Of a stretch of 64,000 bases of DNA, positions 20,401 to 29,116 are shown piece after piece. A program made the translations under genes and the position numbers. This stretch comes from Candidatus Poribacteria bacterium. Lineage in GTDB: Bacteria; Poribacteria; WGA-4E; WGA-3G. Numbering within the stretch: the first letter of the stretch is position 1; every line of letters starts with the position of its first letter. The notes beneath the pieces are model-generated. The model did not search any database and was not told the origin of the DNA. It saw nothing but the letters and a program-made list of their open reading frames with translations. Location of the stretch: assembly GCA_964291315.2 (NCBI GenBank), contig OZ219750.1:96001-160000 (forward strand). The letters run 5' to 3'.

Positions 20401-23400
20401 CGCGGCTGCAGATATCTGTTGAAGATGTGGGTCCCGCGGGTTTGGTATTAGAAGAACAAAAAGTTACTATCCTTGATGCTGAGGGTGTGCCTGTGGCAGG
20501 AACGCTCACAACCGATAAGATAAACGAGCAGCTCTATTTCACTTTTGCGTCTCCTTTCCCACGGGATGGGAGCAAGGATGGGGAGTATCTGGTAGCGTTT
20601 TCTCTGATTGATAAATCGGGAAATCAGCTTGATGCCGAGCATAGATTCGTTTATGATTCACAAGTGCCGAAGTTAACGGGTGTCACGTTAAATACAGCTA
20701 TGCCGACTGAACTTCACCCGAACGAGGTTCCCGAGATTTTGGAGCCTATCAGTGGTATCGTGTTTAAATTTGAAGATACGACGCTTGTTGATTTTGCTAA
20801 TACCGTGATTCAGTTGGTTGGTCCTGATGAATCGGAGATTCTGCTTAACTTAGAAGACGATGGGACTTCTGAGGTAGTTGCGGATTTCTTAACGTTGACT
20901 CAGATTGGTTCGTATACCCTGTCTGTGACTCCTCAGGATATTGCGGGGAATGCGGCGTCGGGTGCGATACGTTACGAGTTTGTTTTGGATATATCGCCTC
21001 CCCGCGTCGGCGGTGTGGTTATCGGTGATCAAGAAGAGGGCGTTGCGTATGTAAATGCGAGCAACATGGTTATTGTTGCGCGTCTGCTTGATCCAACAGA
21101 AACCGGATTAGATTTTGGGAGTCAGCGTTCAACCATCCAAGTGCAAACGGCTGAGGGAACAGTGGTTCCGGGGCTTACCAGCAGTAATAGCGTGGATTTG
21201 ATTGGCTGGGAGCCGGCGGCATTCACATCTGACGGAAGCACGGATGGAAAATACAGCGTATATGTTGTGCCTGTTGACAAGGTTGGAAGGCAGGGGACTA
21301 CCGTCTATCGTGAGTTTGTCTACGATACGCAAGAACCACAGATAACTTCTGCGGAGCCTGTTGACTTAAGTCAGCCGGTTTCATATATCAGCGACAATCT
21401 GATGCAGTTTCACTTGAGCATAGAGGATGTTGGGCCTGCGGATCTGGAATTGTCGGATCAGAAAGTGAGCTTGCTTGATGCGGGTGGGACTTCGGTCCCG
21501 GCGCAATTGACTCACGATAGCAGCGGTGAGATATATCTTACGCTTGATGAACCGTTATCTCGCAATGGCAGTATGGACGGTGAGTATACTCTTCGTGTTG
21601 CGTTAGTGGATAAATCTGGGAACACTTTCAGTATTGAACATACTGTTGTTTATGATACACAAGCTCCGACGTTAGTGAGTACTGTGCCTGCTGATGGTGC
21701 TTTGGTTACTGCGGATCGGACGCAGGTGCTTGTAACGCTCAAAGATACTGGAGGTAGCGGTATAGATTGGAATGGAACTACGGTGACCTTAGTTGATCCG
21801 AATGGTTCGGAATTATCGGGTGAACTTGTCAGTGATTCGGTGGGGCAGTTAACGTTGAATACGAACCAGCTCATTGCGGATGGGAGATACATCATTCGTG
21901 TAAGAGCGGTTGATCGTGCTGGGAACGGAAGTGCGACTGTCTTTGAACGTAGTTTTTTACTTTCGAGACGTTTGCCTGTTCTGGTTTCGACTTCCCCGAA
22001 GACGGCCCCTGCAAATGAGGCGTTTAGCAATGCGGAGGTTGATCAGATAGAGGTGCTCATTGAGACAGATGATGAAAATCATCTCTCGACACTGCGACTC
22101 TTGAATGGTTCAGATCAACTGGTTGCCGGGCAGCAGCTGCGCGAATCTGATCGGTTGGTTTATGATCTTGTTCGTCCGCTTGCAGCGGATGGTTCGGATG
22201 ACGGTGTGTATACGATTGAGTTTACACCTATCAGTGCTTCTGGGCGCACGGGAGATGTTCAAAAACGCACCTTTACACACGATACAGAAGTGCCTGAAGT
22301 TGAGCCTGAAGCGATTAGTCTCGTTGTTGCCTCTGCTGATTCTAATAATTCGTTGACAGAGATTCATGTTAGTCCTACAGATGAAGAGTCGGGGATTGAT
22401 TGGGAAAACGTTGATTCGGAGTGGCTGACTCTTGAGCGTGTTTTGCCGAACCCGACTCAAATTGCGGGGCGTGTTGAGGATGACAACCAAGGCGTGCTTC
22501 GTTTTGTATTGACTGTACCTCTTGCGGATAATGGTTCGGCTGATGGTGAATACAAGATTGTTGTTACGCCTAAAGATCTAGCGGGAAACGGTGGTGTGTC
22601 TTATGAACAGGTTTTTACCTACGATACGAAACCGCCGATGATTGACGTGGGAACTCTGCTTCTCAATGATGCTGCCCTCCTTGTTGACATTGATGCGGTG
22701 GCGTATCCGACAGCGGTTTCTACGACGGGTGGGGTGATGATACAAGCGAATATGTTTGATACGGGCTTGGGTGTTAACCTTGCGCAGTCGAGTATCGTCA
22801 TCAGGGGTCCGGATGGTAGTGCGGTTTCGGGCAGTACACAGCAAAACGGTGTTGATACGATTGTCTTCAAATCTGACGGTTTGTCAATGCGAGGGCTTTA
22901 TCAAGTCGAGGTTGTAGGTGTGGGCAATGACTCCGAGTTGTTGGGGTTTGCGCCGTCAGATTCGATTACGACAGAATTTCTGTATGAAACGACTGTGCCG
23001 ACTGCTGCTGTAACAGCTGATGGGGGTGAGACCGAACTCACGGATAAGGCGCTTCCGTTGGAGGGGACAGCTTCGGATCCAAGCGGCACACAAAAGGTGG
23101 GTGAAACGGACATAATAGTGCCTGCATCGGGGGTATGGCTTGTTGAGATAGTAGGGACTGGTCCCGATAAGCAGCCCATTGATCCGGTACCTGCTGTTGA
23201 TGATAGTAGTGCGGAACAGGAACCGTGGAGTTTCTGGTCTCTTGACTTTCTCCCGACCCGTTCGGGTGAATACGACTTGGATGTTCGCGTCACTGATAAT
23301 GCTGGCAACACCGAGGTTTACGACATTGGAAAGTATACGATGTCGGTATCGCTCACGTTCCGGGATCCCACGTTTGGGTGGCCAAATCCGTTGAGAATTT

Positions 23401-23681
23401 CCAAAGGTGATGTGGCTTTCTTTTCGTTTGATGTCAATGTTCCGCGTGGAGACACTGTTAAACTTACCTTGAGTATCTATGATTGGAGTGGTGACATGGT
23501 TCTTTTGCAGACGTATCCGGATGTTGTATCGGGGCAGCGAAATGACCAGTTGGTGAAATGGAATTTAGAGAACCAAGCGGGTAATCGTGTTGCGCGCGGT
23601 CTCTATGTCTTCCGTTTAGAGGCGGTTAATGCGGCGGGGAATAGCGCGAACGCTGTTGGCAAAGTGCTTGTTGTTGACTAA
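17475..23681 (+). CDS. Giant secreted surface protein with ~16 Ig-like repeats and FlgD/T9SS-like terminal domains
   Basis: Signal peptide near aa 45-63 (true start probably downstream of 17475); repeated DGSxDGxY...DxAGN...F.YDT units; C-terminal WPNP...IYDWSG...WNLEN.AG..VA.GLY.FRL...KVLVVD. Confidence 0.85.
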   Translation: MVVWLATSGEKRVPKIKNKELSVVSHRLSAARQMPVVKNQLSRVIFRVYVCLAVLMLPANVWAGITSLSLDANGDKVFKGGQEQLNIVFTVDQNTAEGGDTYTVTANQHLIRRGTVAANGSVRIRWNGRINNTRLPDGSYTIKVTLSKEGGTGEILERSETAILDTEPPRISSIFANENSSLLLSDGGFINVPLRSITVVPEADVGSPIDFAAARTNVVLKNDRGVVRGGTLNYTTQLNLNLGNPLDIRSENGRYTVTVTVVDEAGNFVEDTTEFIFDNVAPSLTSVAGSSGAISPGASLNGRLDFVEAVLSDNLENGVNLSSSTIRLTGPAGEVFGSQTFLGSDKIRWVFLSPLLARDGLHDGEYTVEVIGTDKAGNQSSAVRVPFVYDNLVPELLTLGPSQDEAFNRIGDTIYHNQPLTQIVATFSDGDSGVGIDFEKNTWIRFSAVGDGNTRRVLAGRSFVDKNNARVTHVLEEPLVSQDGRYRLDVQFADTLGNMDNETFHFLYDTQLPTVVSTFPAANQTVANLSRVQVVLNEVTSGIDFTQSVFRLTRSVGGSQTEVSVNITNNGMDTATLTVLEPIALDGSDNGTYAIEVTPTDRAGNIGASARREFYLVSQSQVEVRLTTPEVTTVSTLDSVVVELVGYIGPGVNLNGSTLTVTNPRGVVVPARRVETDAANNLLTWSTDAVIPRDGTADGEYTIAATFVDFGGRRFVREFQVVLDTQFPAVASVEVATDPERVLSRDRTTDITVGFSQITVTFEEAFRTNDIDFSNTNVTLTDPDGESILINRFDNGRTVLTLNFRTLTQPGEYVLSIVPMDLTGNQSTAPFVYRFRIEIALPIVSSVLIDDKAGTIVYVNGESTEIVVTFVDTTGVGLDLGAGGSTITVTNESNLPAPGFTTSSEENQLTWVPIVLPTDGSADGRYTVTVTPKDKDGRQGETVYRQFIYDTQEPRVTAAVPVDLSQFVSYIGDRLTRLQISVEDVGPAGLVLEEQKVTILDAEGVPVAGTLTTDKINEQLYFTFASPFPRDGSKDGEYLVAFSLIDKSGNQLDAEHRFVYDSQVPKLTGVTLNTAMPTELHPNEVPEILEPISGIVFKFEDTTLVDFANTVIQLVGPDESEILLNLEDDGTSEVVADFLTLTQIGSYTLSVTPQDIAGNAASGAIRYEFVLDISPPRVGGVVIGDQEEGVAYVNASNMVIVARLLDPTETGLDFGSQRSTIQVQTAEGTVVPGLTSSNSVDLIGWEPAAFTSDGSTDGKYSVYVVPVDKVGRQGTTVYREFVYDTQEPQITSAEPVDLSQPVSYISDNLMQFHLSIEDVGPADLELSDQKVSLLDAGGTSVPAQLTHDSSGEIYLTLDEPLSRNGSMDGEYTLRVALVDKSGNTFSIEHTVVYDTQAPTLVSTVPADGALVTADRTQVLVTLKDTGGSGIDWNGTTVTLVDPNGSELSGELVSDSVGQLTLNTNQLIADGRYIIRVRAVDRAGNGSATVFERSFLLSRRLPVLVSTSPKTAPANEAFSNAEVDQIEVLIETDDENHLSTLRLLNGSDQLVAGQQLRESDRLVYDLVRPLAADGSDDGVYTIEFTPISASGRTGDVQKRTFTHDTEVPEVEPEAISLVVASADSNNSLTEIHVSPTDEESGIDWENVDSEWLTLERVLPNPTQIAGRVEDDNQGVLRFVLTVPLADNGSADGEYKIVVTPKDLAGNGGVSYEQVFTYDTKPPMIDVGTLLLNDAALLVDIDAVAYPTAVSTTGGVMIQANMFDTGLGVNLAQSSIVIRGPDGSAVSGSTQQNGVDTIVFKSDGLSMRGLYQVEVVGVGNDSELLGFAPSDSITTEFLYETTVPTAAVTADGGETELTDKALPLEGTASDPSGTQKVGETDIIVPASGVWLVEIVGTGPDKQPIDPVPAVDDSSAEQEPWSFWSLDFLPTRSGEYDLDVRVTDNAGNTEVYDIGKYTMSVSLTFRDPTFGWPNPLRISKGDVAFFSFDVNVPRGDTVKLTLSIYDWSGDMVLLQTYPDVVSGQRNDQLVKWNLENQAGNRVARGLYVFRLEAVNAAGNSANAVGKVLVVD

Positions 23682-23766
23682 GGAACGGCTTTTGGTGGAT
23701 AGCAGGTCGCGAGATGGACAGCGAACCGCGAATAGCCAATGTCAGAATCAGTAAGGAGAATGTATA

Positions 23767-24735
23767 ATGCAGAGAAGGGGAGCCGTTCTCATTTTAATGG
23801 TGTTTCTCATAACAGCTGCAGCTGCGTTGTGTGTCGATGCGGTTGATATCCACGATGGTGCGGGGACTGCAGGTGCTGCTTTCCTGAAAATTGAAGGTGG
23901 GAGTCGTCCTGTGGGGATGGGCGGTGCATTTGCGGGACTTGCCGATGATGTAAATACTATTTTTTGGAATCCTGCGGGTCTAACTGCGGTTGACGATCAG
24001 GAATTAACTGCGATGCAACACTTTTCGTTTGCGGATATTAATAATCAGTCTATCGGTTATGCGCAACGGTTGGATCGGTTTGTGTGGGGTGCAAGTTTCC
24101 TCGGCAGTTTCACAGAAATTGAGCGTCGCCAAGGTCCAACGGAGGATCCGGATAGTACTGTAACTGTCGGTGGGTTTGCAACAGGTTTATCTCTCGCTTA
24201 TCGGATCGGTTCAGCTGTATCTATTGGTGGTACGGCAAAGGTGATTTCAGAGCAACTGGATATTCAGAATGTCTACGGTGCTGCCGCGGATGTGGGTTTG
24301 ATCTTACGTTTGCTTGACGATCACCTCGGTATTGGTTTAGCTGTCCAAAACGCAGGCATCTTAGACGGTGAGGAGAGCTTACCGATGGCTCTCCGCGCGG
24401 GTCTGGCCTATAGAGCTTGGGAGGCGGCGGAGGGATCGATGCTGTCTGAGCGTGAAGTATGGGCGTTTGTGGTGGATGCGCATGTTCCGCTGATCGATAC
24501 ACATCCGAGTTTTCACATTGGTGCAGAACGTTGGTTCTACGAGAGTGTGGCGGCGCGTATCGGCTACCGCCTCGGTTCGAATGAAAATCCGAGTGACGGG
24601 TTGTCACTCGGTGTGGGTGTCCGGCGCAGCGGTGAGGACGTGTTCGAAAATATTGATTTCCAGTTTGACTACGCCTTTGTGCCGGATGCTTATGTGGGTA
24701 ATGCGCATCGTGTCTCTTTTATCACGCGGTTTTAG
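23767..24735 (+). CDS. PorV/PorQ-family outer membrane beta-barrel
   Basis: GTAGAAFLKI..GSRPVGMGGAF...NTIFWNPAGL N-terminus; C-terminal DYAF...GNAHRVSF..RF. Confidence 0.85.
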   Translation: MQRRGAVLILMVFLITAAAALCVDAVDIHDGAGTAGAAFLKIEGGSRPVGMGGAFAGLADDVNTIFWNPAGLTAVDDQELTAMQHFSFADINNQSIGYAQRLDRFVWGASFLGSFTEIERRQGPTEDPDSTVTVGGFATGLSLAYRIGSAVSIGGTAKVISEQLDIQNVYGAAADVGLILRLLDDHLGIGLAVQNAGILDGEESLPMALRAGLAYRAWEAAEGSMLSEREVWAFVVDAHVPLIDTHPSFHIGAERWFYESVAARIGYRLGSNENPSDGLSLGVGVRRSGEDVFENIDFQFDYAFVPDAYVGNAHRVSFITRF

Positions 24736-24742
24736 CGGGTAG

Positions 24743-25855
24743 CTAACTGCTTGCTTCAAGCATACGTTCAATTGGTGCGCGGGCTTTGTCGATGATCTCG
24801 GGACTGAGCGTAACCTCATATTCGCTGAGATCATTGCCTTGGTCGATGGCTTCGAGGATATTTTTAATCTTTCCGAGACTCACCTTTGCCATGTGTGAGC
24901 ATCGGATTGAGCATGCTGTCCAGAATTCGACTGCTGGAAATTCTTGTGCCAGATTTGAAGTGAGTTCACACTCCGAGGCGACGAAAGCGCGTTCCAGCTG
25001 CTTGGTTGCGACGCGCTCCGCGATGTCCTTCATAATCTGACTGGTGCTGCCGTAAAAATCTGCTTCTTGTAGGACATTTGGGCGGCATTCCCAGTGTGCG
25101 TATAGTTTCCGGTTCGGGTGTCCTTTTGGAATATCAAATGACTCACGCACGTTGAGAAGGTCTGTGAGAGTAAATTTCTCATGGACTTCACAGACAGCCC
25201 CGCGGGCGGTATTGTTTTTGCCGGGGTAGACGACGTTTTTCTCACCTTTCAACTCTTCCTCTAAGTTTTGTGCAAAGAAGATATCTGGTACAAAGATGAT
25301 TGTATCCCCTGGCAGCGTTTTTGCGATATGTGCTGCGTTTGCGGATGTACAGCAGATATCGGATTCTGCTTTTGCGTCGGCGTAGCTATTGACATAGATC
25401 ATCACTGGTGCTCCGGGGTAGAGGTTTTTCAACTTTCTGACCTCTTGTGCGCCGAAGTTATCGGCGAGGGAGCATCCTGCTGTTTTATCTGCGACTAATA
25501 CCGTCTTGTCAGGACTTAAGATTTTTGCGGTCTCTGCCATAAACGGTACCCCGTTGAATATTAAATAGGGCGTTTCTGCTTTCGCGGCATACATGCTCAG
25601 GCCGAGTGAGTCGCCTTGTTCCTCTTTTTCTGATAAGCCGAAAACGAGCGGTTCCATATAGTTGTGGCCGAGCATGACAACGTCATGCTTCAGCTTGAGG
25701 GTTCGTATTCTGTGGATTGTCTTGGCGTGTGCCTCTATATCGAGGAACGTTAAGCTTGGATGGTGTCGCTTGTATAATTCTTGTTTAACGTCCTCGATAG
25801 TGAGGTCGGTTGTACAATTAGGAGGAGGTTCTCCGTTAGAATGCATAACAGTCAT
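24743..25855 (-). CDS. nadA: Quinolinate synthase A
   Basis: GHNY, GDSLGLS, FMAETAKILSPDK, AGCSLA, YVNS, CEVH, HWEC, CSHM. Confidence 0.92.
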   Translation of the reverse strand: MTVMHSNGEPPPNCTTDLTIEDVKQELYKRHHPSLTFLDIEAHAKTIHRIRTLKLKHDVVMLGHNYMEPLVFGLSEKEEQGDSLGLSMYAAKAETPYLIFNGVPFMAETAKILSPDKTVLVADKTAGCSLADNFGAQEVRKLKNLYPGAPVMIYVNSYADAKAESDICCTSANAAHIAKTLPGDTIIFVPDIFFAQNLEEELKGEKNVVYPGKNNTARGAVCEVHEKFTLTDLLNVRESFDIPKGHPNRKLYAHWECRPNVLQEADFYGSTSQIMKDIAERVATKQLERAFVASECELTSNLAQEFPAVEFWTACSIRCSHMAKVSLGKIKNILEAIDQGNDLSEYEVTLSPEIIDKARAPIERMLEASS

Positions 25856-25892
25856 TTTGGCACGCTCCAGGTCATTTTTTATGGTTCCTATT

Positions 25893-25922
25893 AAGATACC
25901 CGAAAGCTGTCGTTTTTGTCAA
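25893..25922 (-). promoter_or_regulatory. Candidate nadA promoter
   Basis: TTGACA-N18-TATCTT. Confidence 0.5.
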
Positions 25923-25935
25923 GGTTAAGACACAA

Positions 25936-26487
25936 ATGAAAAATTTAAGTCAAATTTTCTGTGTTGAAAGAAAAAAGAGGTGTGTTTTCACACTTGCTCT
26001 ATGTCTCATGTGGGCGTTTGCTCCGGGAGTAGAGGCTATTTCGGTCAAATTGAGAGGGAAAATTGTGTTGGGTGCGGTTCTTTCAGGTTTGGCGTATGGC
26101 ACCCACGCTCTTATTAAACGCGACAGGCGGGCAGCGGAGCAGCTACAATTCCGGCTTGGCCCACCTGAGCGCGTTGTTGAATTTGAACGGGGATTCGATG
26201 TGTGGCGTATCGCCTACTATAGGAACGAGTGTTATCTGTTTCGGAACCACCGGTTCGTCGCGTCTGTGCCTTGTGCTGACGTGCGATCGGGAGGTGGAGA
26301 GAACACTCGTAGGAGTAGGCGGTGGTGTGCATGCAAGTTCACGTCGCCGTTTCTTATTGATACGCCCGTTTTAGCGTTCCCCAGGTGGTCGCGGCTTTGC
26401 CTTTTGCATTTACGGCGAGTCCCTCGATTTGTATTTTCCGGTCGTTATCGTTGGGGAGCCGGACGTTTGCTTGTGCGGGGTCGGTAG
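25936..26487 (+). CDS. Hypothetical exported/membrane protein; 3' end uncertain
   Basis: Signal-peptide-like N-terminus plus hydrophobic segment; last 134 nt overlap the convergent 26354 gene. Confidence 0.45.
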   Translation: MKNLSQIFCVERKKRCVFTLALCLMWAFAPGVEAISVKLRGKIVLGAVLSGLAYGTHALIKRDRRAAEQLQFRLGPPERVVEFERGFDVWRIAYYRNECYLFRNHRFVASVPCADVRSGGGENTRRSRRWCACKFTSPFLIDTPVLAFPRWSRLCLLHLRRVPRFVFSGRYRWGAGRLLVRGR

Positions 26488-27028
26488 ATTTGAGATCTGT
26501 TGTCACGAAGATAGCGTCTATCATAGTGGCATCTTCGCGCACTCCGATCCGTAGGAAGGTTTCGCCGGCTGTGTCGAACTCCCATTCTCGGTCGAATGTG
26601 CCGCCGTCTAACCAGTGGTTGATGCGGTCCCAGTGCCAGTCGGCGCCTTGAGCGACGCCCCATCGGAATTCAGTGTTCTGGGTCTGTTGTGCGTCTTCGT
26701 CTGGGTCGGCGGGTTGCCATGTGACCCAGAAGGAGTCGCTGTTGCCGTCCCAGGCGGTGACGTGTCCCCAGAGGGCGTATTCCCCGGGTTCGGGGATGTT
26801 AATGACAAAATCGGCGTGTCCTGAGCCGCCGCCGCCAGTAGCAGCGGCTCCTTCCATCCAGATGAATTTTCCGTCAGAAGCGTTTTTATCCTCTCCGATA
26901 ATCATGGGTTCTACAATTTCTTGTGCGAGCTCTGCCTCGAGTGCGATTTCGACTTCGGCATTCAGCCTTGCGGTTCCATATAGGGTTGCTGTTAAGATCG
27001 TTAGGACCAAAATTATACTATATTTCAT
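26354..27028 (-). CDS. Secreted CBM-like jelly-roll protein with short C-terminal TTW tail
   Basis: Signal peptide, EAE motif, DASDGKFI, GEYALW, REDA..D.I; ends AVNAKGKAATTWGTLKRAYQ. Confidence 0.8.
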   Translation of the reverse strand: MKYSIILVLTILTATLYGTARLNAEVEIALEAELAQEIVEPMIIGEDKNASDGKFIWMEGAAATGGGGSGHADFVINIPEPGEYALWGHVTAWDGNSDSFWVTWQPADPDEDAQQTQNTEFRWGVAQGADWHWDRINHWLDGGTFDREWEFDTAGETFLRIGVREDATMIDAIFVTTDLKSTDPAQANVRLPNDNDRKIQIEGLAVNAKGKAATTWGTLKRAYQ

Positions 27029-27233
27029 GGTAGCTTTCCTTTCTGGTATAGGTATCAGTGATCATGTATCAGGGCATCGTGTGTAGCGCGACCTAATAAC
27101 GTGAGGCAGAACCTGCTCGGTTTTGCGAGGCTCTCTTTATCCAAAGATGAACCCAGTAATTATTCAAGCTCGCGTTCCTAGCGAGAGAGGTTCGGGGCGT
27201 CGTCGAACGCCCCGATGCCTGATAGTGGGTTAA

Positions 27234-27884
27234 TTATCTACGGGCTTTGAGGTTTGCCCATGTTGTAGCGAGTTTATCCTGTGGTTCTACAGGGACTAAG
27301 GAGTCTGCTGGGATTGGGTCGCGTGGTCCTACTTCCGCTTCGTCCTCGGAGAGATTGTCGGTGATGAAGATGACATCTAGCATCGCGGCATCTTCGCGGA
27401 CGGCAATACGGAGTGTAGTTTCGCCTGCCTCCAATTCCCATTCTCGTTCGAATGTGCCGCCGTCTAACCAGTGGTTGATGCGGTCCCAGTGCCAGTCGCT
27501 GCTTTGGGCGACGCCCCATCGGAATTCAGTGTTTTGGGTCTCTTGAGCATCTTCGTCTGGATCAGCAGGTTGCCATGTGACCCAAAACGAATCACTGTTG
27601 CCATCGGCAGCAATGACTTTTCCCCAGAGAGCATAGGTGCCGGCTTGTGGGATAGGCAGGATATATTCTGCCCAGCCTTCGCCCCCGCCGCCGGTGGCTG
27701 GGGGGCCCTCCATCCATATAAATTGTCCGCCGGAGGCATCTGCGTTGTCGGCGATGACCATGGGAGCTTCGATGGCATCCGCTATTTCAGCCTCAATTGC
27801 CCGTTCATAGCTGTAGCTGGTGCTGCTTGTGATCAGTAGGCTGCACATGCAGAGGATGGCTAATACGAAAGTTGTGAAACGCAT
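27234..27884 (-). CDS. Paralog of the 26354 protein (secreted CBM-like, TTW tail)
   Basis: Near-identical core (NSDSFWVTWQPADPDEDAQ.TQNTEFRWGVAQ..DWHWDRINHWLDGGTF); ends PVEPQDKLATTWANLKARR. Confidence 0.82.
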   Translation of the reverse strand: MRFTTFVLAILCMCSLLITSSTSYSYERAIEAEIADAIEAPMVIADNADASGGQFIWMEGPPATGGGGEGWAEYILPIPQAGTYALWGKVIAADGNSDSFWVTWQPADPDEDAQETQNTEFRWGVAQSSDWHWDRINHWLDGGTFEREWELEAGETTLRIAVREDAAMLDVIFITDNLSEDEAEVGPRDPIPADSLVPVEPQDKLATTWANLKARR

Positions 27885-27938
27885 AAAAGTATCTCCTTTT
27901 CTAGTGATGTACCAGTTGCACTGGTCGTTAGATATAAG

Positions 27939-28898
27939 TTATGGGGATCGGATGTTGCCCCATTGCTGAATCTGTAGCGTTAGTGTGTCTATGGGCAGCA
28001 CCTCTGGCGCTGGATGCCACTTCGGTTGTGCTGCCCAAGCCTCGTTGTTAATCAATTCACGGCGCCTGTCGCCATCGACATGTATGAGATGTATCACCCA
28101 TCTACCGTCTTGCTCAAATTGAAAAGCGATGGTGTTTCCATCGGGTGCCCATGCCGGAACGGCCTCATCTGTTGCCGTGTCGGTAAGTGCTTTTTTGTTC
28201 CCGCCGTCTGCTGCGTCCATGGTGTATAAATCAAAATCGGCAAACGCACCTTTTTGATTCATGGACGCATATACAATCTGTGTACCGTCCGGTGACCACG
28301 CTGGATAGGTATCCATCAACGGCTGATCTGTCAAGCGTTGTTCAACCCGGTTTCGGACATCGACGATATATATATCCCAATTGAGTTCCCGTTTTGAGTG
28401 GAATGCGATGGTGTTTCCGTCGGGTGCCCATGTGGGTGCCTCATCTTGAAACGGGTTGTCTGTAACGTGAGTTATCTCGTTGGTGTCGAGATGAAGCAGG
28501 TAGATGTTGAAATGCCCGTTGCGGTTTGATGTAAAAGCGAGTCGTTTCTCGTTGGGTGCCCATGCTGGTGCTTTGTCCGTTGCGGGATGCTGTGTGAGTC
28601 GTTGTTGCTCGCTGCCATCGGCTTGCATCAGATAAATTTCGTGATTCCCGTCTCGTCTTGAGAAAAACGCCATCTGCGTACCGTCAGGTGCCCAGGCGGG
28701 GTAGTAATCGGCTGCGGGATTCCGCGTCAGATTGACCGGGGGTTTCCCAAGGCTATCTGTCAGATAGATTTCCCAGTTACCGTTCACGTCTGAGGCGAAC
28801 GCGATTTTCGCTAGTGGCTGAAGTTGGCACCAAGCGCTCTGGATTAAAAGCACAAACATCCAGAAAAAACCATAGTGACATACTAACAGGATGCGCAT
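27939..28898 (-). CDS. TolB-like/PD40 beta-propeller protein
   Basis: Five P[AT]W[AS]P[DN] repeats with I.F.S.R.G...IY; degenerate tail PIDTLTLQIQQWGNIRSP. Confidence 0.85.
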   Translation of the reverse strand: MRILLVCHYGFFWMFVLLIQSAWCQLQPLAKIAFASDVNGNWEIYLTDSLGKPPVNLTRNPAADYYPAWAPDGTQMAFFSRRDGNHEIYLMQADGSEQQRLTQHPATDKAPAWAPNEKRLAFTSNRNGHFNIYLLHLDTNEITHVTDNPFQDEAPTWAPDGNTIAFHSKRELNWDIYIVDVRNRVEQRLTDQPLMDTYPAWSPDGTQIVYASMNQKGAFADFDLYTMDAADGGNKKALTDTATDEAVPAWAPDGNTIAFQFEQDGRWVIHLIHVDGDRRRELINNEAWAAQPKWHPAPEVLPIDTLTLQIQQWGNIRSP

Positions 28899-28926
28899 TT
28901 TTTCTCTATACTTTTTTTCTCCTATT

Positions 28927-29025
28927 GCAGAGACTAACGGTCTATGCTACAAGCACACTACAGATGCTGTTGCACAGGAAACCAACAGAATATACTACAA
29001 GACACAGACTAACAGTCTATGCTAC
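28927..29025. repeat. Cluster of three REP-like units
   Basis: GCAGAGACTAACGGTCTATGCTAC 28927-28950, degenerate unit 28972-28998, ACACAGACTAACAGTCTATGCTAC 29002-29025. Confidence 0.78.
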
Positions 29026-29116
29026 AAGGCAGTTGACAAGCTATCGTTCGAGGGGGTGCTGGCGACATTTTAAACCTCGCCAGCACTAATAGCTCTCTTT
29101 TTTGCAATAAGCCGGG

